From NCBI GenBank assembly GCA_041749075.1, contig JBGTBY010000035.1:209870-273869 (forward strand): a stretch of 64,000 nucleotides of DNA. The letters run 5' to 3'. This document shows positions 33,744 to 43,804 of this stretch, piece by piece. The notes below the pieces were generated by a model. It did no database searches and was not told the origin of the DNA. It saw only the letters and a list, made by a program, of their open reading frames with translations. The first letter of the stretch is position 1; each line of letters opens with the position of its first letter. The position numbers and the translations under genes are program-made. This stretch comes from Balneolales bacterium. GTDB lineage: Bacteria; Bacteroidota; Rhodothermia; Balneolales; HLUCCA01.

Positions 33744-34990
33744 ACAGTCTCTACTTCGAATCGTTTACGGGTGAATGTGTCTACTTCTCGGGTGAGGCGG
33801 TCGCGAAGGCTACCTTCAGGCAAGGCGTTCACGATTTGCGCCGCGAATCCGAATGTCAGCAGATAACGGGTTTGGAGTTCGGTGAGGCCACGGCTTTTCA
33901 GGTAGAACAATTGTTCGTCGTCGATCTGTCCGATCGTGGCGCCATGCGAACATTTCACATCATCCGCGAATATCTCCAACTGCGGTTTGGTGTATACCAT
34001 TCCATGATGCGACAATTGCATGTTATGATTCGCTTGATACGAATCCGTTTTCTGCGCAATCTGTCGAACAAAGATCTTGCCATTGAACACGGATGTACCC
34101 ATTCCATCAACGATGCACTTGTGTAACTGATGAGAGGTGCAATTCGGCTTGCGGTGGTCGAGAATCGAATGGGTGTCGCTGATCTGGTTTTCGTGGACCA
34201 GCACGAGTCCGTCGATCGTCGCATGACCACCTTCTCCATCCATCGCTGCTCGGTTGTCATGGCGGAATAAACGTGCACCAACCGAAATCGTGAACGATTG
34301 CAGGTCGGATGCGCGACCCAACACGCTCGAGGAGCGGTTGATGTGCAATCCGGCGTTTCCTTCTTTCTGGACACGGAAATGATGCAAGCGAGCTTCATCC
34401 TTTAAAATCACTTCCGTAAACGGAACGTGCAGATAAACGGCATCATCCACACCAGCGAAAACTTCGATCAGGCTGATTTCGGAAAAGAATTCACCTGTGT
34501 ATAGAATTCGTGGCAAAACCAACGCCGTTGGGTTCGTAACCAGGTGATAAATACCAATCGGAGTGCTGGAAACGATGTTCTTGGATGCATGGATCGCCAC
34601 GCCGTCTTGGAAAAAAGCGGTGTTCAGCGAAGCGAAATAATCATTTTCGAAGGAATCCGCTTGACCGATCTTCACTGTAGACTCTCGGATGGGTTTCACA
34701 GTCACGCCATCCGGCAAGCCCGATAAATCGGATAAAGATGCATCCATCATACCATTCACAAAGACGATGCGTCGGCCGATGGTTTCGGACAAGTCCAGGT
34801 CAGCGATCAAGGATGCGGCTGTGTTGGAATCCCCTTCCATAAATGAAAACGACTGGTTCCAAAGCGAGCGCAATGATGTGAAACGCCATTCTTCGTCGCG
34901 GGAATTCGGAAATGCCAGCGAAGCGAACTTGGTTTCGGCCTCCGATGGATCGGAGGAGTGCGGAAGCGTTAAAATCGGACTTTCACTCAT
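33740..34990 (-). CDS. sufD: Fe-S cluster assembly protein SufD
   Basis: 416 aa. It sits between sufC and sufS. The C-terminal ..[26 protein letters not shown].. is the SufB/SufD motif. Confidence 0.88.
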   Translation of the reverse strand: MSESPILTLPHSSDPSEAETKFASLAFPNSRDEEWRFTSLRSLWNQSFSFMEGDSNTAASLIADLDLSETIGRRIVFVNGMMDASLSDLSGLPDGVTVKPIRESTVKIGQADSFENDYFASLNTAFFQDGVAIHASKNIVSSTPIGIYHLVTNPTALVLPRILYTGEFFSEISLIEVFAGVDDAVYLHVPFTEVILKDEARLHHFRVQKEGNAGLHINRSSSVLGRASDLQSFTISVGARLFRHDNRAAMDGEGGHATIDGLVLVHENQISDTHSILDHRKPNCTSHQLHKCIVDGMGTSVFNGKIFVRQIAQKTDSYQANHNMQLSHHGMVYTKPQLEIFADDVKCSHGATIGQIDDEQLFYLKSRGLTELQTRYLLTFGFAAQIVNALPEGSLRDRLTREVDTFTRKRFEVETV

Positions 34991-35739
34991 ACGCTGGCAG
35001 CATCCATGATGGTGTCGTACCCTTCGGCTTCGAGCTGCAGCGCCAATTCTTTGCCACCGGATTTCACAATGCGGCCTTTGACCAGCACATGTACGAAATC
35101 GGGGGTGATGTAATTGAGGATGCGTTGGTAATGCGTCACGAGAAGAACGGCTTTGTCGTTGCCCCGGATTTTGTTGATCCCGTTCGACACGACTTTCAAG
35201 GCATCGATGTCCAATCCGGAATCGGTCTCATCCAAGAGTGCCATTTTTGGATTCAGAACCGCCATTTGAAGGATTTCATTGCGTTTTTTCTCACCGCCGG
35301 AGAATCCTTCATTCACATTGCGATCCACAAGGGATGCGTCCATCTCAACCAATTCACATTTTTCAGTGAGATAATCATCAAATTCCAGCGGATCAAGTTC
35401 TTCAAGTCCTTGATCGCGACGGATACCGTTGTACGCTTGGCGCAACATCATCGCGTTGGTAACACCTGGAATCTCGACCGGATATTGGAACGCGAGGAAA
35501 AGTCCTAAGCGAGCGCGCTCGTCCGGATCCATTTCCAAGACGCTTTGTCCTTCGAACAGGATATCGCCTTGAGTGACTTCATACGCCGGATGACCAGCGA
35601 TCACTTTTGCCAACGTGCTTTTTCCGCTACCATTGGGACCCATGATCGCATGGACCTCCCCTGCGTTGATTTCGAGATCGATCCCGCGTAGAATGTCGAC
35701 ACCTTCGACTGAAGCGTGCAGATTTTGTATGACTAACAT
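34987..35739 (-). CDS. sufC: Fe-S cluster assembly ATPase SufC
   Basis: The ATG at 35739 gives [13 protein letters not shown]...[12 protein letters not shown]...[13 protein letters not shown]...[10 protein letters not shown]. The ORF-track start at 35787 would overlap sufB. Confidence 0.95.
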   Translation of the reverse strand: MLVIQNLHASVEGVDILRGIDLEINAGEVHAIMGPNGSGKSTLAKVIAGHPAYEVTQGDILFEGQSVLEMDPDERARLGLFLAFQYPVEIPGVTNAMMLRQAYNGIRRDQGLEELDPLEFDDYLTEKCELVEMDASLVDRNVNEGFSGGEKKRNEILQMAVLNPKMALLDETDSGLDIDALKVVSNGINKIRGNDKAVLLVTHYQRILNYITPDFVHVLVKGRIVKSGGKELALQLEAEGYDTIMDAASV

Positions 35740-35776
35740 GTATGAATAATAAGATTGATGTAAATAAACTGGGTGC

Positions 35777-37219
35777 TTAGCCGACACTGCCTTCGAGCTT
35801 GATGCTCAAGAGCTTGGTCGCTTCGACGGCGAATTCCATCGGCAATTCCTTGAAGACATCCTTCACGAACCCATTGATGATCAAGGAAATCGCATTTTCT
35901 TCGTCAATGCCGCGTTGCTGCAGGTAAAAGATCTGGTCTTCACCAATTTTCGAGGTTGTGGCCTCATGCTCCACTCGAGCCGTGCTGTTGGCCGATTCGA
36001 TATACGGAAATGTGTTCGCAGAGCATTGATCGCCGATGAGCATGGAATCACAAACGGAGTAATTGCGTGCGTTTTCAGCACCTTTGGCGATTTTCACGAG
36101 GCCGCGATAGCTATTATGCGATTCGCCAGCGGAAATCCCTTTCGACACGATTGTGCTCTTTGTGTTCTTGCCGATATGGATCATTTTTGTGCCCGTATCC
36201 GCCTGCATCTTGTTGTTCGTAACAGCCACGGAATAGAACTCACCAACGGAGTTATCCCCTTTCAGGATCACAGACGGATATTTCCAGGTGATCGCGGAAC
36301 CTGTTTCGACTTGGGTCCACGAGATCTTCGAGTTCACCCCTTTGCAGATGCCGCGTTTGGTCACAAAATTGTAGATGCCACCAACACCGTTCTCATCACC
36401 GGAGAACCAGTTCTGAACGGTGGAATACTTGATTTCGGCGTTATCCAAAGCCACTAGTTCCACAACAGCAGCATGCAATTGCGTGCGGCTGAATTGCGGA
36501 GCGGTACATCCTTCCAGATAACTGACGGATGCACCTTCTTCGGCGATGATGAGTGTGCGTTCGAACTGACCTGATTCCGCATTGTTGATCCGGAAATAGG
36601 TGGACAGCTCCATCGGACATTTCACCCCTTTCGGAATGAAACAGAAAGAGCCATCTGTGAAAACCGCTGAATTCAGCGCTGCATAATAGTTATCACCGGC
36701 AGGAACGACGGATCCGATGTACTTCTTCACCAATTCGGGATGTTCGCGGATCGCTTCCGAGATCGAACAGAAGATCACGCCAGCATCATATAATTTTTCA
36801 CGGAAGGTGGTGGCCACGGAAACCGAGTCGAACACCGCATCCACCGCCACATTCGCCAAGCGTTTCTGCTCAGACAGCGGGATACCCAATTTCTCATAAG
36901 TCTCGAGGATCAACGGATCCAATTCATCCAAGCTATTCAACTGTGGCTTGAATTTGGGAGCGGAGTAATAAATCAAATCCTGAAAATCCACTTCCGGGTA
37001 GGACACGTTCGGCCATTTTGGCTCGGTCATGGTCAACCAGTGCCGATAGGCTTTCAGACGGAATTCCAACATAAACTCGGGTTCGCCTTTTTTCTCGGAC
37101 AGGAGGCGAATCACGTCTTCATTCAATCCGCGGGGAAATTCTTCGTAGGCGACATCTGTGACAAAGCCATATTTGTATGGCTGTGATACAAAAGAATCTA
37201 ATGCGTCGGTTTGGCTCAT
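35777..37219 (-). CDS. sufB: Fe-S cluster assembly scaffold SufB
   Basis: 480 aa. ..YKYGFVTDV.., ..[13 protein letters not shown].. and ..[21 protein letters not shown].. are SufB signatures. Confidence 0.95.
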   Translation of the reverse strand: MSQTDALDSFVSQPYKYGFVTDVAYEEFPRGLNEDVIRLLSEKKGEPEFMLEFRLKAYRHWLTMTEPKWPNVSYPEVDFQDLIYYSAPKFKPQLNSLDELDPLILETYEKLGIPLSEQKRLANVAVDAVFDSVSVATTFREKLYDAGVIFCSISEAIREHPELVKKYIGSVVPAGDNYYAALNSAVFTDGSFCFIPKGVKCPMELSTYFRINNAESGQFERTLIIAEEGASVSYLEGCTAPQFSRTQLHAAVVELVALDNAEIKYSTVQNWFSGDENGVGGIYNFVTKRGICKGVNSKISWTQVETGSAITWKYPSVILKGDNSVGEFYSVAVTNNKMQADTGTKMIHIGKNTKSTIVSKGISAGESHNSYRGLVKIAKGAENARNYSVCDSMLIGDQCSANTFPYIESANSTARVEHEATTSKIGEDQIFYLQQRGIDEENAISLIINGFVKDVFKELPMEFAVEATKLLSIKLEGSVG

Positions 37220-37236
37220 TCAGTACCTTAGGGATG

Positions 37237-37260
37237 ACGTGTTGGAAATCGATCACACGT
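37237..37260. promoter_or_regulatory. Short inverted repeat in the sufB/GH13 divergent promoter region (candidate operator, weak)
   Basis: ACGTGT (37237-37242), 12 nt, then ACACGT (37255-37260). It lies 18-41 nt upstream of the sufB ATG. Only 6-bp arms, so chance is plausible. Confidence 0.2.
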
Positions 37261-37297
37261 TGTTATTTAGATTTAATATACGAAAAAAAGGCGTTCT

Positions 37298-38650
37298 ATG
37301 AACCGGGTTAAGGCTTTTTACAATGGACTGCTTGTTCTTATCTCATTATTTATTCTACAGTGCGCGCGTCCGGATACGGGTTTCCAGAATGTGGAATGGA
37401 GCCGTAATGCCACCATCTATGAAGTGAACATCCGGCAGTTCAGTGATGAGGGAACCTTCAAGGCATTTGAGCAAAAACTTCCGGAATTATCGGATCTCGG
37501 AGTGAAGATCTTGTGGCTCATGCCCATCCAACCGATCGGCGCATTGAACCGGAAAGGAAGCCTGGGAAGCTATTATGCGGTGCAAGATTATTTCGGGGTG
37601 AATCCGGAGTTCGGAACCGAACAGGATTTCCGTGATCTGGTGGATGCGGCGCATAAGAACGGCATGGTTGTGATTCTGGACTGGGTGGCTAATCATACCG
37701 CTTGGGATAATCCGGTGGCAACCACGAACCCCGAGTTTTTCGCCAAAGACAGCACAGGGGCGTTCACTCCTCCCATTGGAACAGATTGGACGGATGTGAT
37801 CCAGCTCGATTTCAACAATCCTGCCACACATGATTACATGGCGTCCGCATTGTCCTATTGGGTTCGCGAGTTCGACATCGACGGGTATCGTTGTGATGTG
37901 GCCTACAAAGTGCCGGTTGAGTTCTGGAACCGCGTTCGAAAGGAGTTGGACGACATCAAACCGGTTTTCATGTTAGCAGAGGCTGAACTACCGATTCATC
38001 ACGAAGAAGCATTCGACATGTCCTATGCTTGGAACATGCATCATCAGTTCAATCGGGTCGCTCGTGGCGACACCTCCGCCCGCGCCATCTTCGGATTGCT
38101 GGAAGAAGACCGTGCTCGCTTTCCGGCCCATGCCTACCGCATGCAATTCACATCCAACCATGATGAGAATTCATGGAACGGAACCGAATTCGTTCGGATG
38201 GGTGATGGAGTCAAAACGTTTGCTGTGCTCGCATCCCTCATCGATGGCATGCCGCTGATTTACAACGGACAGGAGTATGGAAACCCGAAAGCATTGGATT
38301 TTTTCGAGAAGGATCTGGTGCAGCGTCCTGATACGAGCTACTGGTCATTTTATCAGACACTGATGCAGTTGAATCTGGATCATCCGGCGCTGCATAATGG
38401 CATTCATGGCGCACCGGCTGTCGCAATACCGACCTCGGATGATGATCGCGTGCTGGCTTTCGTCCGCGAGAAGGATGATTGTCAGATCGTGGTGGTACTG
38501 AATCTGAGTCCGGATCCGGTCATGGTTTCCATCAAATCGGATAGACTGACCGGACGTTTCAAAAACGTCTTCAGTGGTACCGACACTGAAATGAGCAGCA
38601 AGCAGGAGTTTTCGCTCCAACCTTGGGAGTATATCGTTTATACCCGCTAA
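37298..38650 (+). CDS. Secreted GH13 alpha-amylase-family glycoside hydrolase
   Basis: 450 aa with signal/lipoprotein-like N-terminus (..LISLFILQCARP..). The GH13 regions are ..VILDWVANHT.., ..GYRCDVAYKV.., ..FMLAEAE.. and ..FTSNHDEN... Confidence 0.85.
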   Translation: MNRVKAFYNGLLVLISLFILQCARPDTGFQNVEWSRNATIYEVNIRQFSDEGTFKAFEQKLPELSDLGVKILWLMPIQPIGALNRKGSLGSYYAVQDYFGVNPEFGTEQDFRDLVDAAHKNGMVVILDWVANHTAWDNPVATTNPEFFAKDSTGAFTPPIGTDWTDVIQLDFNNPATHDYMASALSYWVREFDIDGYRCDVAYKVPVEFWNRVRKELDDIKPVFMLAEAELPIHHEEAFDMSYAWNMHHQFNRVARGDTSARAIFGLLEEDRARFPAHAYRMQFTSNHDENSWNGTEFVRMGDGVKTFAVLASLIDGMPLIYNGQEYGNPKALDFFEKDLVQRPDTSYWSFYQTLMQLNLDHPALHNGIHGAPAVAIPTSDDDRVLAFVREKDDCQIVVVLNLSPDPVMVSIKSDRLTGRFKNVFSGTDTEMSSKQEFSLQPWEYIVYTR

Positions 38651-39573
38651 GCCTTGGCTTGAACCGCGGCAACCGCGACGGTATTCACGATGTCTTCCCA
38701 TGAAGCGCCACGCGACAAATCGTGCATGGGCTGGGCCAATCCTTGAATGATGGGTCCAGTAGCGGATGCACCCGCAAGTCGTTCCGTGAGTTTATAGCCG
38801 ATGTTGGCCGCATCCAAATTCGGGAAAATGAAGACATTTGCCTGCCCCGCCACGTCCGATCCAGGGGCTTTCTTTTGTCCGATGCTTGGTATCAACGCGG
38901 CATCGAATTGCAACTCTCCATCGATCCTTAGCAAAGGATCGCGTGATTTTGCGAGTGCAAGAGCATCGCGCACGAGTTGAACCCGTTCGTGCTCGGCGCT
39001 GCCCTTACTCGAAAACGACAGCATGGCGACCCGCGGCGTTTCCCCCGTGAGTTGCTGGTGCGTAATGGCCGAGCTCGATGCGATTTCCGCAAGTTGTTTG
39101 GAATCGGGATAGGGAACCACAGCGCAATCGCCGTACGTGAAGACGCGTCCGTCAGGCAGTTCCATAATGAATACGCTGGACAGAGTTCCGGTGCCGGGCG
39201 CCAATCCGATCGAATGCAAAGCGGCGCGTAGCACATCGGCCGTCGTGGTGGCCGCACCGGCCACGCATCCATCCGCATCCCCTTCCGCCACCATCAGAGC
39301 CGCGAAATAGATCGGTACCGACGCGAGGGTGAACGCGGTTTCGAGGGTCATCCCCTTGGCTTTCCGGCGCTCAAACAAGCGATTGGCATAACGTTCCAGA
39401 TCAGGAGAATCCGTCGGTTTGAGACCGTTGACACCGATCAAGACAGGATCGCAAATTCCATGTTGACGCAGGTATTCCGCCGCTTTAAGGGTGCGATCGT
39501 CGTGAGATTCGGGCAATGCCACACGAGCGAGGTTTTGTTTGGCTTTGGAACGAATGGTGTCGATAAAACTCAT
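38647..39573 (-). CDS. pta: Phosphate acetyltransferase (short form)
   Basis: The ATG at 39573 (MSFIDTIRSKAK...) forms ATGA with the upstream stop. ..RVAMLSFSSKGSA.., ..DGELQFDAAL.., ..ANVFIFPNLDAANIGYKL.. and ..GPIIQGL..PMHDLSRG.. are present. Confidence 0.9.
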   Translation of the reverse strand: MSFIDTIRSKAKQNLARVALPESHDDRTLKAAEYLRQHGICDPVLIGVNGLKPTDSPDLERYANRLFERRKAKGMTLETAFTLASVPIYFAALMVAEGDADGCVAGAATTTADVLRAALHSIGLAPGTGTLSSVFIMELPDGRVFTYGDCAVVPYPDSKQLAEIASSSAITHQQLTGETPRVAMLSFSSKGSAEHERVQLVRDALALAKSRDPLLRIDGELQFDAALIPSIGQKKAPGSDVAGQANVFIFPNLDAANIGYKLTERLAGASATGPIIQGLAQPMHDLSRGASWEDIVNTVAVAAVQAKA

Positions 39574-40427
39574 ATCAAAATCAGGACAATGATGGATAGC
39601 AGCGCGATGATGATTCCCAACCATTGGGTGCGTTGCAGATGATCTTTCCAATAATAACGACCGAGAAGGGTTCCACCCAACACAACCGAAATGTGTGCTA
39701 ATGAAAAGGTAACGGTGGCTGGCAGCATGGCCAAAGCCTTCAGCATATACACAAATGTGAGAAGATTCGGAATGCCGATAAGTGCGCCGATCTTGAGTTC
39801 TTGCTTTGTGAAGCTGAGTTGGCGCTTCCAGGCGAGGAAAAGGATTCCGGAGATGAGCGCCACCCCGTAAATTAACGCCACAAAATGGGCGTCATGAATC
39901 TCGGGACTGTGTGTGCGCTCATACATTTTGATGATCACATCCGCCGATCCGCTCATCGCGAACATGGCCAATAGCATCTTACCATCCTGGATGGATTGCA
40001 TAATGGGCATGCCACGCTTGAAGATCATCAAGGCAAGGCCGATCAACACCATCATCAACCCGATCACGACCCCGAAATGAAAGGGTTCGGCATAGTATAC
40101 GATCGAAAACACGACGGGTATGATGAGGGACATCCGCATGCTTACGAGTGTAATTCCCACTCCATTGGCTTGCACCGATTTGCTGTACACAAAAAAGTTC
40201 GTGATGAATATGACGCCGTTGATGACCCCGGCGAAGATGAAGAATGGATCCATCGGCGGAATTAGCGGGACTCCTTCCGGCAGAAACAATGGAAGGATGA
40301 TCAAAGCGAACACATAATTGACCGTCAGGACGTTCAAGGTCCGCATGCTCCGATTCTCGGTGATCTTGAGCGTGTGCGCGATCAGGATCGAGAAAATGGC
40401 AGATACCGCGATATACAGGTAGGCCAT
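39570..40427 (-). CDS. DMT-superfamily (EamA-like) permease, about 10 TM
   Basis: 285 aa of uniformly hydrophobic helices in two similar halves. The ATG abuts the upstream stop (TAAATG), and the stop overlaps the pta ATG. Confidence 0.6.
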   Translation of the reverse strand: MAYLYIAVSAIFSILIAHTLKITENRSMRTLNVLTVNYVFALIILPLFLPEGVPLIPPMDPFFIFAGVINGVIFITNFFVYSKSVQANGVGITLVSMRMSLIIPVVFSIVYYAEPFHFGVVIGLMMVLIGLALMIFKRGMPIMQSIQDGKMLLAMFAMSGSADVIIKMYERTHSPEIHDAHFVALIYGVALISGILFLAWKRQLSFTKQELKIGALIGIPNLLTFVYMLKALAMLPATVTFSLAHISVVLGGTLLGRYYWKDHLQRTQWLGIIIALLSIIVLILI

Positions 40428-42173
40428 TTAGGGGTAATCGATGAGGCGTAGGTTCGTTTGGCCGAAGAGTTTCGGGTCTTGCGGGCGGTTATGGATTCGG
40501 CGGGATGTGAATGTGAGATTTCGGTTCAAATAGGTCTGGATTTCAGACGTAGAGAAGTTCTCTTCTTGCAAGGCTTTGCAGAAGAAATAAGTTAACAGTC
40601 CGTAAATCCGGTCTGTTCTGAAATCTTCCGTGGTATATGCGCCGGCGGGCTGACGCGCATCCGAAGCGAACATTACCCACCCTGATCGGCGCTGAGTAAG
40701 CAAATCCGCCGTTCTGCTTAGTGTATTCACCCCTAAAGCGGTTCCATCGGGTGTGTGAGTAAAGTCGGTTTCAAACATCACATGGGTGCTCATGGTGGGA
40801 AAACTGGCCACATACTCAAGAAACGAGCCGACATCGACTGGCTCTCCATTGGGTGCATCGGTAGGCAGCAAAACCGGCTTTCCCCCTATGGTAGCACCTT
40901 TACCGACATAATAGACAAACAGGCGGGTGCGATCCGGATTCATGCGTAATTCGCTCCAGATGTTGTTTCTCTGAAACCTCGACCACGTGGCGGATTGAGA
41001 GGAAGGTGCATCCTTAACGACCCGTATGCGGTCCATCGGCACACCCAGAACATTGTGATAATATTGTTTCATCAACTCGATGCTTCGTTCGGCATAGCGG
41101 TTAGTGAGGGATGCATCATCGTAATTTTGATTGGCGATGATCACCGCCGCCGCGTCCATTTGCAGCGGGATTCCAGTCGGAAGTCCGCGCTCCACATCGA
41201 TATCCCCGAACCGCTGACCGGTAGAAATCACCATCCCTCCTACGCCACCGGCAGGCATCCAGACCACAGCCGCGTCTTCGGCACGCATGAATACAGGATT
41301 GAGTCCGAGCATCACTTCATGCCATCCATCTGCGGTGTTGATCCATGGCAATAAACTGGCTTCCGCCACAGTCGTGATGATGTTTCCAGCTTGGTCTTGC
41401 GGAGAACTGCGGATAGGCGTATTGCGGCGCGCCACCCGGACATATCGTTTCAGAAACGACTCCACCGGAACTTCATAGGTGAACGATCGATCTTGGGATG
41501 TGAGCAGCAACTCAACCATCCCCGGCTCAGTGGTTTCGAAAGATCGGAACGGAAGCTCATTAACGAGATCGATCCGGATTTCCTGGTTCGTGCCGATTTT
41601 CGTGAGTCCGTCAACCACGGATGTGCCCTTGTAACTGGCAAACAGGTTCATGCTTATTGAAGGAGAGGCTTGCGGACGCGACACGGTATCATTCCTCGTA
41701 GCCGTTCCCACTTGCTCCAACATGCGTGTCTCACCGGTGAACAAGGGTTCGCCCGTCGGTTTCAGATTAAACACCGATCCAGCTGCAAGAACACCCGCTG
41801 TGATGTTCAATCCCAACTTCTGATTATATGTGAGATCCTGCTCGAGTACATTCGTATTGGCCACATACACCAATGCCGCGGCGCCAGTCAGACCCAGAAG
41901 CATGAGTCCGTAACGAGGACGGTAGGCTTGCACAAACCGGCGCTGTTCCATGCGTTGGGGGAATTGGACCTGGTTCAGGTTTCTCACTTCGAACACGATC
42001 GTGGGTTGATCGGGTGTAGGCAATTGTTTGACCGCCAAAACCGGAATGGTCGAAATCACCCTCGATTGCGACAAATCATCCGCAGGCGCTTCTTGCACGA
42101 TCCAACGGCTGGATGTGCACGAGCTAAGCATTCCGAGGATGGCGAATAAATAGAGTTTCTTCATCAGACCCAT
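40428..42173 (-). CDS. Lipoprotein with SH3b-like module and a caspase-fold (C14-like) domain lacking the His/Cys dyad
   Basis: 581 aa with lipobox ..AILGMLSSC... The SH3b-like stretch is ..YVRVARRNTPIRSSPQDQAGNIITTVAEASLLPWINTADGWHEVML... The caspase-like C-terminal half reads ..AAAVIIANQNYDD...RLFVYYVGKGATIGGKPVLLPTDA...THVMFETDF...GWVMFASDARQPAGAY...GLLTYFFCKAL... An alternative ATG lies at 42164. Confidence 0.5.
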   Translation of the reverse strand: MGLMKKLYLFAILGMLSSCTSSRWIVQEAPADDLSQSRVISTIPVLAVKQLPTPDQPTIVFEVRNLNQVQFPQRMEQRRFVQAYRPRYGLMLLGLTGAAALVYVANTNVLEQDLTYNQKLGLNITAGVLAAGSVFNLKPTGEPLFTGETRMLEQVGTATRNDTVSRPQASPSISMNLFASYKGTSVVDGLTKIGTNQEIRIDLVNELPFRSFETTEPGMVELLLTSQDRSFTYEVPVESFLKRYVRVARRNTPIRSSPQDQAGNIITTVAEASLLPWINTADGWHEVMLGLNPVFMRAEDAAVVWMPAGGVGGMVISTGQRFGDIDVERGLPTGIPLQMDAAAVIIANQNYDDASLTNRYAERSIELMKQYYHNVLGVPMDRIRVVKDAPSSQSATWSRFQRNNIWSELRMNPDRTRLFVYYVGKGATIGGKPVLLPTDAPNGEPVDVGSFLEYVASFPTMSTHVMFETDFTHTPDGTALGVNTLSRTADLLTQRRSGWVMFASDARQPAGAYTTEDFRTDRIYGLLTYFFCKALQEENFSTSEIQTYLNRNLTFTSRRIHNRPQDPKLFGQTNLRLIDYP

Positions 42174-43387
42174 GGTGATTGACGTGCGGCAGCCGCGATT
42201 TTGGCTGCGTCCAGTGCGATGACAAGTTCTTCATCGGTCGGGATGACCCAGACACTGACTTTCGAAGAATCCGTCGAAATTCGGTATTCCCGTGTCTTGT
42301 CCGGATTCTCATTCCGTTCCGAATCCAATTCAATGCCAAGATACTCCATGCCCGAACATATTTTGGCTCGGATGTAGGGTGAATTCTCTCCTATTCCTGC
42401 AGTGAATACGATTCCGTCGCATCCATTCAAGGTGGCCACATAAGACCCGATGTACTGCTTGGCACGATAGCAAAAGGATTCGATGGCTTGTTCGCAGCGA
42501 CGATCCCCATTCTCGGCTTCTTGAATCAGATCGCGCATGTCGGCGGCATACCCGCTCATTCCAAGCATGCCGCTATTCCGATTGAGCATGGCATGCAAGT
42601 GATTCAAAGGCAATTCTTCTTTTTCGACGAGATAAAACAGAATGGATGGATCGATGTCGCCGCATCGGGTTCCCATCACGAGTCCAGACAGTGGCGTAAA
42701 ACCCATGCTAGTGTCCACACTATGGCCATTTTTGATTGCTGTGACCGAACATCCATTCCCTAAATGACACGTGATCACTTTTGAGTTATGTGAATCGAGT
42801 TTATCGATTTGAAACAGACGCCGACTCACGTAATAGTGGGATGTTCCATGAAACCCATACTTCCGGATCTTATATCGGCGATACAAGCGGTTCGGAATGG
42901 CATATAAGTACGCTTCTGCCGGAAGACTATGATGGAACGCCGTGTCGAACACGGCCACATGCGTCGCTTGAGGCAGATAATCGCGAGCCGCTTCGATCCC
43001 CTTCAAATTGGGCGGATTATGCAGCGGCGCCAGATCGATCGCGAGCTCAATCGCTTCAATCACAGATTCATCAATCAATACAGAATCCTTAAATGTCTCC
43101 CCTCCATGCACCACTCGATGTCCGACAGCTTGGATGTCCTCTTTTTTGAGATTCAGCCCGTTAGCTGGATCCATCAGAAAATCCATGATTTCTTTTAACG
43201 CCATGGAATGCGTCTCGATCGGCTGGGTTTTCTTGCTTGCTTTTTGGCCTTCGATTTCATGTCGGATGATGGACGTCACCGCTCCTATCCGTTCAATGAG
43301 TCCGGAACACCGCTTTTCACGGGTGTCCGTTTCGATCACCTGATATTTGACCGAGGAGCTTCCGCAATTGATGACGAGTGTTAGCAT
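42164..43387 (-). CDS. ackA: Acetate kinase
   Basis: 407 aa. MLTLVINCGSSSVKYQV.., ..VGHRVVHGG.., ..GFHGTSH.. and ..VITCHLGNGCS.. are present. Confidence 0.95.
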   Translation of the reverse strand: MLTLVINCGSSSVKYQVIETDTREKRCSGLIERIGAVTSIIRHEIEGQKASKKTQPIETHSMALKEIMDFLMDPANGLNLKKEDIQAVGHRVVHGGETFKDSVLIDESVIEAIELAIDLAPLHNPPNLKGIEAARDYLPQATHVAVFDTAFHHSLPAEAYLYAIPNRLYRRYKIRKYGFHGTSHYYVSRRLFQIDKLDSHNSKVITCHLGNGCSVTAIKNGHSVDTSMGFTPLSGLVMGTRCGDIDPSILFYLVEKEELPLNHLHAMLNRNSGMLGMSGYAADMRDLIQEAENGDRRCEQAIESFCYRAKQYIGSYVATLNGCDGIVFTAGIGENSPYIRAKICSGMEYLGIELDSERNENPDKTREYRISTDSSKVSVWVIPTDEELVIALDAAKIAAAARQSPWV

Positions 43388-43390
43388 GGC

Positions 43391-43804
43391 TTAATACTGC
43401 TTGTAGTAGGACTCGGATGGTTTCGGAGTCGTATCCCTATGCTTCCAATAACTGGATGTGTTTTCTCTGAACGCATGAAACGATTTCGGGGTATCGGAAC
43501 CGCTTAGACGCCGGATGAGTCCGATCGGCGTCATGATGAACAAAAATACGAGTCCGATGATGAACCTCGTCATGATCCAGTTCAAGATCATCGCAAATTT
43601 CATCCATGCGATGAACACTGGACGCAAAATGGATGGTGCCCACATCCCCGATCCGCCCATCAGCACTCCAATCCATGTAGAAATAATAGACACATTCGTG
43701 TAGGCGCCGTTTTTCCAGTACACGAAGGCGGGAATGAGGACGATTCCGATCACAGCGAACAGGATTCCGAAGGAACGGACGTGTTTATGGGATGCATCAA
43801 TCAA
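43391..43804 (-). CDS. SxtJ-like small membrane protein (carbamoyltransferase-associated)
   Basis: 137 aa with two N-terminal TM helices, then ..LRPVFIAWMKFAMILNWIMTRFIIGLVFLFIMTPIGLIRRL.. and a polar tail ..SYWKHR... The topology, and the position directly after a carbamoyltransferase (8-nt overlap), fit the SxtJ family as I recall it. Confidence 0.5.
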   Translation of the reverse strand: MIDASHKHVRSFGILFAVIGIVLIPAFVYWKNGAYTNVSIISTWIGVLMGGSGMWAPSILRPVFIAWMKFAMILNWIMTRFIIGLVFLFIMTPIGLIRRLSGSDTPKSFHAFRENTSSYWKHRDTTPKPSESYYKQY

